Source: Nostoc punctiforme PCC 73102 (GTDB lineage Bacteria > Cyanobacteriota > Cyanobacteriia > Cyanobacteriales > Nostocaceae). Taken from it: a stretch of 32,000 nt of DNA. A program made the translations under genes and the position numbers. The stretch is from positions 3,690,001-3,722,000 of the forward strand of contig NC_010628.1 in assembly GCF_000020025.1 (NCBI RefSeq). The letters are read 5' to 3'. Shown in pieces: positions 9,061 through 17,803 of this stretch. Positions within the stretch are counted from its first letter, which is position 1, and the number at the start of each line of letters is the position of its first letter. The notes beneath the pieces were generated by a model that saw only the letters and a list, made by a program, of their open reading frames with translations, ran no database searches and had not been told where the DNA came from.

Positions 9061-9165
9061 AGCGAAGGTGCTTCTGCGCCTTCGGTGGGTGCAGACCGTG
9101 AGAAGAGTCGGCGCGAAAAACAAACACTTGTCCAGGGCTTGTTCGAGAATGTTGCAAGGAGAATC

Positions 9166-10008
9166 ATGGACGACAATCAAGAACGACAAGACTTCGATCT
9201 AACCGAAAGCGATGAGCAACTCACCGTGGACGAAAAAACACTACTTGACGAACTCAGTATTGTCGGTGCTGCTCGCCGAAAATTCTTGGGGCAAAACATG
9301 GCTGCGGCACTCGGCACCTTCGCCTTCCACTTGCTGGCTAAAGAGGAGGTCTTTGCCACGCTCGCCGCTTCGCCCGACGCAGTGTTCGCTTCGACCGCTG
9401 GGGTGGAAAACGCCGTTAAGATCCTGTTGAAAATCAACGGCTCTACTCAACGCCTGGAAGTGGATTCGCGCACGGTGCTGCTCGATGCTCTACGCGAAAG
9501 ACTTGGATTGACCGGCACCAAAAAAGGGTGCGATCAAGGACAGTGCGGTGCTTGTACAGTGATCGTTGACGGACGCCGCGTGCTTTCGTGTCTGACACTT
9601 GCCGCGAGCTGCGAGGGAAAAGAGGTGACGACCATCGAAGGGCTGGCTGACGGCGACAATCTTCATCCGATGCAGGCGGCGTTCATCAAACACGACGGCT
9701 TCCAGTGCGGCTACTGCACGCCGGGGCAGATATGTTCGGCAGTGGCGCTTTTGCAGTAAGCCAAAAACGGCGACGCGAGTCACGTCACTAACAATTTGCG
9801 GATGAGTCCCCAGAATTTAGAAATCTCTGATGAAGAAATCAGAGAACGCATGAGCGGCAACATTTGCCGTTGCGGCGCTTATCCGGGAATCGTTGCGGCA
9901 ATCAAAGAAGTTCATGCCGGACGCGAAACAGCCCAAGCCTGGCATTTTGCAAGCGATGAAGAAATTGCCATTGCATTCAATGAGGGCAAAGCCGATGAAA
10001 TCGCTTAA
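9166..10008 (+). pseudogene. (2Fe-2S)-binding small subunit of a xanthine dehydrogenase/aldehyde oxidoreductase family enzyme (PaoA/YagT-like, Tat signal), interrupted by an in-frame TAA
   Basis: Twin-arginine motif AARRKFLG. Cluster motifs CDQGQCGACTV, FQCGYCTPGQ and, after the stop, MSGNICRCGAY. The TAA at 9757-9759 is in the same frame as the downstream part (ORFs 9040.. and 9796.. are both frame 1), so this is a nonsense mutation and not a frameshift. Confidence 0.8.
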
Positions 10009-10261
10009 ATATTCTAGCGCAACCGACGCGGCAAACGCCATTCGCACTGTTTCCGCTAATGAAACGGCACAGTTTCTCGCAGGCGGGACAAATTTGATTG
10101 ATTTGATGAAAGAATATGTCGAGCGCCCCAGCGAACTTGTTGACATCTCACGTTTGAATCTAGCGCAAATTAGCTCGACCTCGAACGGAATTTTTATCGG
10201 CGCGCTAGCCAAAAATACTGATACGGCTAACCATGCGCTCGTCCGGCAAAATTACCCGCTT
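9995..10261 (+). pseudogene. FAD-binding medium subunit (PaoB/CoxM-like), N-terminal ~88 codons only
   Basis: MKSLKYSSATDAANAIRTVS...AQFLAGGTNLIDLMK...LVDISRL...IGALAKNTD is the typical start of the FAD-binding subunit. The ATG overlaps the upstream stop. Homology ends at ~10260, at the junction with the IS110 fragment. Confidence 0.7.
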
Positions 10262-11222
10262 TCAAGAAACCGTATTTGCTTCGGGCTGAGGAACAAGCTC
10301 AAAACCTAAAGCTAGAGCCTTTTTTTGGAGGCTATTGATAACCCGTTCTTGGTAACGTTGCTCATAATAATCCATGCCAATATCTTGATAGTTATCTCCA
10401 GATGTCCAAAGTCGATAGAAAATTCGTGCCAGCTTATGAGCAGTAGCAGTGATATCTTTGGGCGTACCAAGGCGAGAACGTAAGCGACGATAAAAAGCAC
10501 GACTCGGCAGAATTGCTCTTGCCAGCTGTTTGTGCCGCCATCCGGAAAGCATTGGCAGCAGAGTTAACCACCAAGCGAGTTTGAGAACTTTTCACTTTAC
10601 CCCCAGTGATGCGATTGCAAGGGCAAAGACCAAGCCAGGAAGTAAAGTTTTTAACAGTTGGGAATCGGGTAGGATCTAAACCAAGCTCAGAAATAAGGGT
10701 TTGTACGGTAAGGATACCAAGACCATCAATGGCAGTAAAATCCACGCCACTAATTCGGTAAAGATGGGTACGTAAATCAAAAGCGGGTTCATTGCCTTGA
10801 GGTTTATTGCGGGGGTGCTTTGGTTGCGGAAGCGGAGATTCATCGAGATTAACTTTGTCACTAAATTGAGCCAAGCACTCCTGTATTTGGCGATCGCAAG
10901 CGGCTATCTGAGCTTGATAGACATCATAAAGTTGTAGTTCCTGTTGAAGTACAAAAATATGCTCATTGCGATAATCACCATTTAAAGCAGCAGCAATTTC
11001 TGTTTCAGAGCGTTTAGTACGGTGATGTCTTTTCGCTGCCAAAATTTGTGGGTCTGTTTCTCCAGCAACAATTGCTCGAATAATTGCCATCCCAGTAGTA
11101 CCAGTGATATCGCTAACCACCTTATGCAGTTGCACGTTCATCTGGGTTAAAGCTTTTTGCATCCGTTGAATATGAACACAAGCACTTTTGATAAGACTAT
11201 CCCGGTGGCGGATATAACTCAA
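10262..11222 (-). pseudogene. IS110-family transposase, lacking the N-terminal catalytic (DEDD) domain and frameshifted near 10540
   Basis: HIQRMQKALTQMNVQLHKVVSDITGTTGMAIIRAIVAGETDPQILA... and, in a second frame, AFYRRLRSRLGTPKDITATAHKLARIFYRLW match the C-terminal (Transposase_20-type) half of IS110 transposases. The two ORFs 10434-11222 and 10262-10552 overlap in different frames. Confidence 0.8.
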
Positions 11223-11289
11223 TACGGTTCAGTTAAGCCTAAAAGTTGTGTAAATTAAGGATTGTAATCAAGACTAGAAAGAAACTGTA

Positions 11290-11628
11290 GTGGATCTCAA
11301 AGACTTCTCGCTGGTGTCTCCAATTATACTTAGCAGTGATTTGCTAAAAGCGATAGAGACAGCCATACCTGCAACTGCTATTGAGCAAGCGATAAGCCTA
11401 CGGCAGGCTTCGCTTACCGCTACCAGTAAGGCCAATGAAGAAAGAAATCGTTCTTTGCCAGCACATTTGGTAGTTGGACTGGTGATAGCAATGAGCTTGT
11501 GGTCGAGAGATTCGATGCGAGATGTACTCAAAAACTTAGTTGATGGTCTTTCTGTGGCATGGATAAAAGTTGGGAAATATTGGCGAGTACCCTGTAAATC
11601 AGCAATTACTCAAGCTCGGCAACCCTAG
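11290..11628 (+). pseudogene. IS4-family transposase, N-terminal domain fragment
   Basis: The pattern ...NEERNRSLPAHLVVGLVIAMSLWSRDSMRDVLKNLVDGL...PCKSAITQARQ matches the IS4 N-terminal domain (R.LPA..VV......L.......V...L......P..SA...AR). No DDE domain follows. Confidence 0.55.
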
Positions 11629-11689
11629 CTGTCTAATTGGTATGTAAAGCAGGTAAGCTGAAAAAGAATCTACCAGCAGCAAAAGAAGC

Positions 11690-11904
11690 GTGATAGTAAA
11701 GAAGCCACGTCATCACCCACAACGAAGTTTTCCTGATGCCCAACGTATAATTGTGGAATGTGAGTTAAATAAATGTATCCATTGTGACAATAATTTAGTT
11801 AACCGCAGAGCCTGGCACATGCGTAAAACCGTTCAAACCATGAGTTTAGCAGTGTTTGTAGCAGGTAAAAGCAAAGAATGTAAGAATCGGCTCCGTACGC
11901 ACTT
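11690..11904 (+). other. Unclassified Zn-ribbon-containing ORF fragment, possibly IS-derived, cut by the IS701-like element
   Basis: IVECELNKCIHCDNNLVNRRAWHMRKTVQTMSLAVFVAGKSKECKN has CxxC...C spacing. The reading frame runs into the left inverted repeat at 11905. I cannot assign a family. Confidence 0.2.
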
Positions 11905-13361
11905 TACCCCTCTTCTGTCACTTTCCGAGTATTCTTAATAAAAGGATTAAAAGAAAAAACTCTGGAAGGTAAGCAGGGCAATGGATGTAGAATTACAGAT
12001 CCTAAAACATTTGGCAAGAGATGCCCACCCAACAGTTGCAATCGTAGATGGATATTGTGCAGAGTATAAAGACTTATTCAAAGAAGTAAGAAATTATGAG
12101 TGTTTCAAATATTTACATTTAGGAATAATTTCACCAATAAAAAGAAAATCATTACCAGAAATAGCTAAGGTTGTGAGTATCAACTCAGCGAGCGTCATTA
12201 CATCATTTTATAGCTAATTCAAATTGGTCAATAAATGAATTAAAGCTCCGAAGATTAAATCAAATCAAGAGAGCATTAAATGGAAATGCCATTACCGTAG
12301 TAATAGATGAAACAGGAGATAGAAAAAAAGGTAAAAAGACCGATTATGTAGCAAGACAATATCTAGGGAGTGTAGGAAAAATAGATAATGGAATAGTTAC
12401 AGTCAATGCCTATGGAGTTTATTGTAAAATAACATTTCCATTAAGTATAAAAATATTTAAACCTAAAGGAACGCTAAAAGAATCAGATAAATACAAAACG
12501 AAAATAGAGTTAGCATCAGAAATTATTACAGAATTAATTGAATCAGGCTTTAATATTGAATTGGTGCTGGCTGATAGTTTATATGGCGAAAGTAGCCAAT
12601 TCATTCAAAAATTAACTGAATATAAATTAGCTTATGTTGTAGCGATTTCGTTGTAATCATGCGGTCTGGCTGCCAGCCAGTCAGAGGGTTAGGGCTAATA
12701 AGTGGTGTAAATTTGAGAGAACATTTAGTAATGAAAAATCAGAGACTAGGTATATTAGAGAAATAATTTATGGCAAAAAAAGAGCCACAACTTACTGGGA
12801 AATAACTACCGACCCAGAAACCATGCCTGAAAATTCTACCTCCTTTGTAATGACGAATCTTCAAGGAAATTTGAAGAAGACTTTAGGGGACTTATATGGA
12901 TTAAGAACCTGGGTTGAATATGGGTTTAGACAGTGTAAACAGGAACTAGGCTGGACAGATTACCGTTTCACTAATTTCCTACATATTGAGAGATGGTGGG
13001 AGATTATTTTTAGTGTTTATACAATGATTAGTTTAAATTCTCCAGTCTTCTTAGGCTTCAATCAATCTCGTCAACTTGAGACTGACGCACAAGAAAATAG
13101 TGATGTTGATTTTTCTAATCATCCACAATGGAATCATGAATCTGGATGGAAGAATACTTTAAATAATTTGCGTCTTATTATCCAACCACTTTTACTATTT
13201 TGGTTAATTTATCCCTGGTTAGGTATTTTCCCAAATTCAGATTTGTTACTGGGATTCAATCATTTAATTGCCGCAATGAATCAATTTAAACCCTGTTTTG
13301 CTTCTGGATGATTTAGCTTCTTTACTAATTGGTTATTCCGGAGAGTGACAGAAGAGGGGTA
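11905..13361 (+). mobile_element. IS701-family-like insertion sequence (~1.46 kb) bounded by terminal inverted repeats
   Basis: Left end TACCCCTCTTCTGTCACTTTCCG (11905-) and right end, reverse complement, TACCCCTCTTCTGTCACTCTCCG (-13361) match at 22 of 23 positions. The interior encodes an IS701-type DDE transposase. No matching direct repeat is visible in the flanks. Confidence 0.8.
11981..13311 (+). pseudogene. IS701-family DDE transposase, broken by two frameshifts (~12185-12217 and ~12648)
   Basis: Three frames together give CFKYLHLGIISPIKRKSLPEIAKVV / HHFIANSNWSINELKLRRL...VVIDETGDRKKGKKTDYVARQYLGSVGKIDNG...LADSLYGES / NHAVWLP...YIREIIYG...TWVEYGFRQCKQELGW. Removing one T from the TTT run at ~12646-12648 restores AIRCNHAVW. 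Confidence 0.8.
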
Positions 13362-13977
13362 TCTGCATTGTCTGCGGCATTTCCCATCGGCACAGTCAGT
13401 TGAATTTGCCATGCTCGCGCACCTGCATCGCGGATATGCTCGTAGATGCGAGGGAATTCAGGAGCAGACAGACGGTTGATTTGGGTATTGCAACCGAAGG
13501 GGATGCCGACTTCTTTGAGGTAGCTCATGGTTCTGAGTCCAGATTTCCAAGAGCCTTTTTTCCTCGGAGGCGATCGTGAGTTGTTTCCATCCCATCTGTA
13601 GAAACAGAAACTTTAGCAATTCCCGCTTCTTTTATCCGGTGTGCCATCTCCAGCGAGATGCCGTATCCCCCGGTAGTCATACCACAGAGCATACCAGTCT
13701 GGGTAATGGCTTTTGCAATCACAAGCCAGTCTGGACGTAAAAAAGCTTCTCCTCCAATGAGAGTTACTTCTTTAATACCAACATAGGCTAACTGCTGAAC
13801 AAGATTAAGAGCTTCTTCAGTAGAAAGTTCTTTATCTCGTGCTTGTCCCGCCCGCGAACCACAGTGACTACAAGCAAGGTTGCATTTCAGAGTGATTTCC
13901 CAAACGGCATAACTGGTTCGATGGTGCTTGTCAGACACTGTTTTGCCTAGCGTTTTAGCATTGGGTTCGGAAGTCAA
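13362..13977 (-). pseudogene. Radical SAM (SPASM-class-like) peptide maturase, frameshifted at an A6 run (~13548-13553) and 3'-truncated by the IS701-like element
   Basis: The CNLACSHC (CX3CX2C) cluster motif follows YAVWEITLK. Also present: GGEAFLRPDW, TTGG, VSVSTDG...HDRLRG. Reading GGAAAAAAGG with one extra A gives RGKKGSWKSGLRTMSYLKEVGIPFGCNTQINR, joining ORFs 13525-13977 and 13325-13528. The protein sequence ends at ...PMGNAADNAD, where the IS inverted repeat begins, so no C-terminal Cys-rich SPASM region remains. Confidence 0.8.
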
Positions 13978-14015
13978 AAGCTCTTATGGATTTATTAACT
14001 AGACGAAAGCCATTG

Positions 14016-14285
14016 TTAATAAAGCTCGGTTGGTAAACCGTACATAGCAATTGATGCTCTTCCACCAGCGATCGCCTCAAGTTGAGCTTCATTGAGTTCC
14101 CCACCAATTGAGGTTGTCTCTGAAATTTCAGCGCTAGCAGCTTCCCATTCTCTTTGAGTAAAATAATATCCTGCTGCTTGTAAGAAAGTTCCACGTTCTT
14201 CTATTGGAGAGCTTTCAACTTGAGTGCAGAAATCTTCATCTGTTGTCACTCTCTGATAAAAAGCTTTTGCGCTTTCAATAGACAT
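14016..14285 (-). CDS. Nif11-like leader peptide RiPP precursor, core RASIAMYGLPTELY
   Basis: MSIESAKAFYQRVTTDEDFCTQVE...FLQAAGYYFTQREWE...ELNEAQLEAIAGG is a typical Nif11-type leader ending in the double-glycine cleavage motif, followed by a 14-aa core. The stop lies 38 nt upstream of the radical SAM gene on the same strand. Confidence 0.85.
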   Translation of the reverse strand: MSIESAKAFYQRVTTDEDFCTQVESSPIEERGTFLQAAGYYFTQREWEAASAEISETTSIGGELNEAQLEAIAGGRASIAMYGLPTELY

Positions 14286-14456
14286 ATAATTTCCACTTAT
14301 TAATACCTAAAAGATTAGGAAAAACAAGGTACAACTATAATGCACAATTTTTAGTTAAGACTATGTTTTTTTTCGTTTTGGTTTGTGCCATTATGAATTC
14401 ACTGTAGTTTATGTAAAATAGGATATTTGTTCAGCAACCATTTCATATAGAGGAAT

Positions 14457-15065
14457 TTAACTTACTTTTAACCGTCCTACCATCCACTCAAACCTTTTTG
14501 CCGCGAGCCCCACACAGTCTAAAAGGTTATCATTTAATTCATCCTCGTATTCTACATCTTTCGATAACGTTAAACCTTTACTATAAACCCGCCTACCATA
14601 ACCAAGCTGACTCAGCATTCCTTGCAATCTTTGAGAAAGCAAAGTTGCAATAACTTGATAAAAACGAGATGCAAATCCTATATCTTGCTGTAACTTTGCT
14701 GCTAATTGCTGTCGTTCAATTGACAAAATAATTGAATCTTCAATAGCTTTAACCGTTGCTAAAGGCAGCCGCCCATCAATGAAGGGTGTTTCGCCGATGA
14801 TTTCGCCTTTGCACAATCTTGCTATTTCTCTACCAGAAAGTTCAGTACCTTCTATAGCAGCAAAAGCACGAGCTAAGGGGTTACGCTCATTATCATCAAT
14901 AGACAAAGACATTGCTCCATCTAAAAGAATATACAGCCCATCCACAAGCCCTCTTTCACGGATTAGTACGGTGTTAGTAAGAATTTTTTTAATTTTACCA
15001 CAAGTCGTCATCCAATCGATGTCACTATCATGTAATCCTCCTAAAACAAATAGGACATCTCTCAA
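14457..15065 (-). CDS. Cyclic-nucleotide-binding-domain protein. This is the surviving second domain of a tandem cNMP-binding protein whose 5' part (15066-15335) is frameshifted and truncated by the ISKra4-like element.
   Basis: cNMP-binding fold motifs are present (LIRERGLVDGLYILLDGAMSL, GEIIGETPFIDGRLPLATVKAIEDSIILSI). Upstream, in two frames, lies a paralogous domain: SGEVIGEFPLVGNRLTATTVKAVEKSLVMSISQQKLSVKLQQDI / FASRFYRAIAIIFSDRIQ. There is no start codon before the TTG at 15065. Homology runs up to the IS end at ~15336. Confidence 0.6.
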   Translation of the reverse strand: MRDVLFVLGGLHDSDIDWMTTCGKIKKILTNTVLIRERGLVDGLYILLDGAMSLSIDDNERNPLARAFAAIEGTELSGREIARLCKGEIIGETPFIDGRLPLATVKAIEDSIILSIERQQLAAKLQQDIGFASRFYQVIATLLSQRLQGMLSQLGYGRRVYSKGLTLSKDVEYEDELNDNLLDCVGLAAKRFEWMVGRLKVS

Positions 15066-15288
15066 AGGTTGGCTTTGTGCTAAATTGCTACGTCCCTGTT
15101 GATTGATAGCGCTTTGAATTCTATCGGAAAATATAATTGCGATTGCACGATAAAAACGTGAAGCAAAACAATATCTTGCTGCAATTTTACTGATAATTTC
15201 TGTTGTGAAATCGACATTACTAAAGATTTTTCTACAGCTTTTACAGTTGTAGCTGTCAGACGATTCCCTACTAATGGAAACTCTCCTA

Positions 15289-16426
15289 TTACCTCGCCAC
15301 TGGATAATCTGACAATCTCTCGACTGAAGACTTCATGGGAGCATCCCAGTTTTTATTTAGTGAGCAAAGATTAATCCATTGAGATAAGCTCTGGCGTTGA
15401 GCTAAGACTTGAGGAACGTTATCAGATTTCCATTGTGCGCCAGAAATTTTGGTTCGACGGTCAATCTGTTTGACAGTAGACTCAATAGCACCAGAACCAA
15501 TGGAACAGATTTGTTCTGCTTGATAATATTGGTAATTGACAATCCGGTGTCGATGTTTCTCAAGATAAGTACAGAAATTAAAAGCTTGTTTTAGCTGACA
15601 GTCAGCAAAGACAGCGATAGCATCATCAACTTTTCCTTGCCAGAGAAGGATTTTAGCCTGATTGAGCCGTTGATTAGAACCGCCAATCTTGTGTAGGTTT
15701 TCCATCAGATGAAACCAATCAAGTACTTCCCGACGCTGGTGTTCGGGAGCAAAATCGCGGACAATATTCCAAATACCGTCATGGCCATCGCCAAGACAGG
15801 TCAAGATAGGAGCAATTGATTGGCTTTTGACCCAATCAATTACAAGACTATTTTCTTGAAATGAGGCAGCAATAGCTTGTTTTTCATGTAAGCAGGTAGC
15901 TTTATAACCCTTCCAATCACAGACTTGTCCCTTGATTGTACGAATGCGTATATTTCCTCCATCCACACTCAATTCTTCCACAGTTGATTCTACTTGCGGT
16001 AATTCAAAATTTTGACGATGCACTAATCGTTGCTGCACACTTTTTGATACTTCTACACCAGTTAAATATTCAATATCTTCTGCCGCACGTTGATACGATA
16101 CCGACGCGCTGATTCGTAAGCAACAAGCTTCTAAATATGGACTCAATTGATTATGGGGTCTAATTTCTAGCTTTTGTGCTTGAGAGTTTGTAATTGGCAG
16201 TTCTCCAATAATACTTTTTATTTTTCGTTTGTATCCTCTGCTTTCTCCTGTGGCATTTTCGATAAAAAAACCCTACTTCTGGCATTACATGCTTCCGCAT
16301 TTGAGAGCGTACTACTTCTTCTATTTTTGCCAAACTTGTGAGTTGCTCACCCGTAGTACTTTTGTACAGTATCTTTGCTATTGCACGAGAATATTCTTTT
16401 ATCTGTTGTTCTTCTTCAGGAGTCAT
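15289..16426 (-). pseudogene. ISKra4-family transposase, split by a frameshift near 16150
   Basis: The 285-aa ORF has LTCLGDGHDGIWNIV, VLDWFHLMENLHK and IGSGAIESTVKQIDRRTKISGAQW, which are motifs I recall for ISKra4-type transposases. The 88-aa ORF 16160-16426 supplies the N-terminus in another frame. The reading frame runs through the left IR into flanking DNA. Confidence 0.7.
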
Positions 16427-16554
16427 TGATACACCTAGTCTTGATGACTTTATTATCCCTTCCTGATATCCCCTTACTTCCTGACTTCCGTTTTCTGTAA
16501 CAATCCTTCCCTGTTATTTATTTGTTTTGGAATAATAAAAACTGGGATGCACCC
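15337..16554 (-). mobile_element. ISKra4-family-like insertion sequence (~1.2 kb) with terminal inverted repeats
   Basis: GGGAGCATCCCAGTTTTTATT (15337-15357) against the reverse complement of AATAAAAACTGGGATGCACCC (16534-16554) matches at 20 of 21 positions. The interior encodes an ISKra4-type transposase. The flanking sequences belong to two unrelated genes, and no target duplication is seen. Confidence 0.75.
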
Positions 16555-17803
16555 TTTGTATACAAGCTCATTTCTGCCAAAACCTCCCGGCAAAACAAAT
16601 TTAAATCAATCGGTTTTAGTTCGTACTGTAGTTTTCCAGCTTCTACACTTTCGATAATAAGAACTTCATCCGTGAATTGGTTTATCTGCTCAACTGCTGT
16701 TTGAAGATTCTGCAAACACTGTAATTTCTTTTCCTCACTCCAATGGTGACTATGACGTTTCAATAAGCTAGTTGAATATGAAATAATATTTAAAGGGTTA
16801 CGAAATTCATGGAAAATCATAGAGGTGAAGTACGCTCTATCTTCAGCAAGTTGTTTTTCTTGCTGTATAATTCGGCGATTCTCTTCTTTTGCTTGTTGGG
16901 ATTCAGTAATGTCCCGAAAGCTCCATACTGTGCCAATAATTTCTTCAGCGAGTCGCAGAGGTTTACTGTATTGCTCGAAAAACCTCCCATCTTTCAATTC
17001 TAAAATATCACAGCTTACAAAATCTATTTGGCTATCAAATTGGTTGACATTTCTGCAAAATCTTTCTGGATTTTTAACCTGGTTCTTATAAAAAGTCAGA
17101 TATTGATTATGATTGGATAAAGTAATAATAGAATCTTGAATATGCCACATCTGGGAAAATTTTGATTAGAGCTAATAATATCTCCATTATATCTGATAGC
17201 AATAACCCCATCAGCAATAGATTCTAGAGTTGCTTGAAGTAACGAAAGAGAATTCTCCAGTTTTACTTTTTCCGCCTCGCACTCTGCCCTCTTGTGAAAT
17301 AATTGCTGATTGACGTACCTTGATTCACTTAGAAACTTTTCTTCTTTACATTCTAATACTTGATTAGATTTATCTAAGCTGAATAAAGCTTGTTTGCGTT
17401 TGCTGATATCTCGGATCAGGATACAAACATACTCTTTAGCTTCATATTCCATATATGTAGCAGAGATTTCCACAGAAAAATATTGTCCTTTTAAAGTTTT
17501 ATATAGAGATTCAAAATATAAGAAACCTTGTTGTTTGATACTATTCCAATAATTTGGCCAAACTTCTAGCGGAAAGTCTAGTATTATATTATGTATAGTC
17601 CTAGAGACTAATTCTTCATAAGGATACCCTACCAAACTACAAGCTGCATAATTAACGTATATAATCTGTGCATTTGACGTTATCCAGAAAACTGCATCTG
17701 TTAAACGTTCCATTAAAAATCTGTTAAATAGCAACTCTTCTTCTAATGGCAACATAGCGAATTTAGATGTTTGTAGCTCAGAAAAACTATTTTTGAGAAT
17801 CAT
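16555..17803 (-). pseudogene. PAS-domain sensor histidine kinase, frameshifted (~17151-17156) and lacking the HATPase domain (cut by the ISKra4-like element)
   Basis: Two PAS-like segments are present (AVFWITSNAQIIYVNYAACSLVGYPYEEL..., ADGVIAIRYNGDIISSNQNFP/QMWHIQDSI...). A HisKA H-box FTSMIFHEFRNPLN follows. The sequence ends ...EVLAEMSLYTKG at the IS boundary, before any N/G1/G2 boxes. Confidence 0.75.

Noticed and set aside
13955-14194. 79-aa minus-strand ORF overlapping the Nif11 precursor and the rSAM start
   Set aside because: It is in a different frame from the well-supported precursor and has no motifs. The precursor frame has the clear Nif11 leader signature.
11981-16426. Programmed ribosomal frameshifting as an explanation for the split IS701-like and ISKra4-like transposases
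   Set aside because: No A6G/A7-type slippery heptamer with a downstream structure is present at the junctions. As far as I recall these families encode single-ORF transposases. The IS701-like gene has two separate breaks, one a simple extra T.
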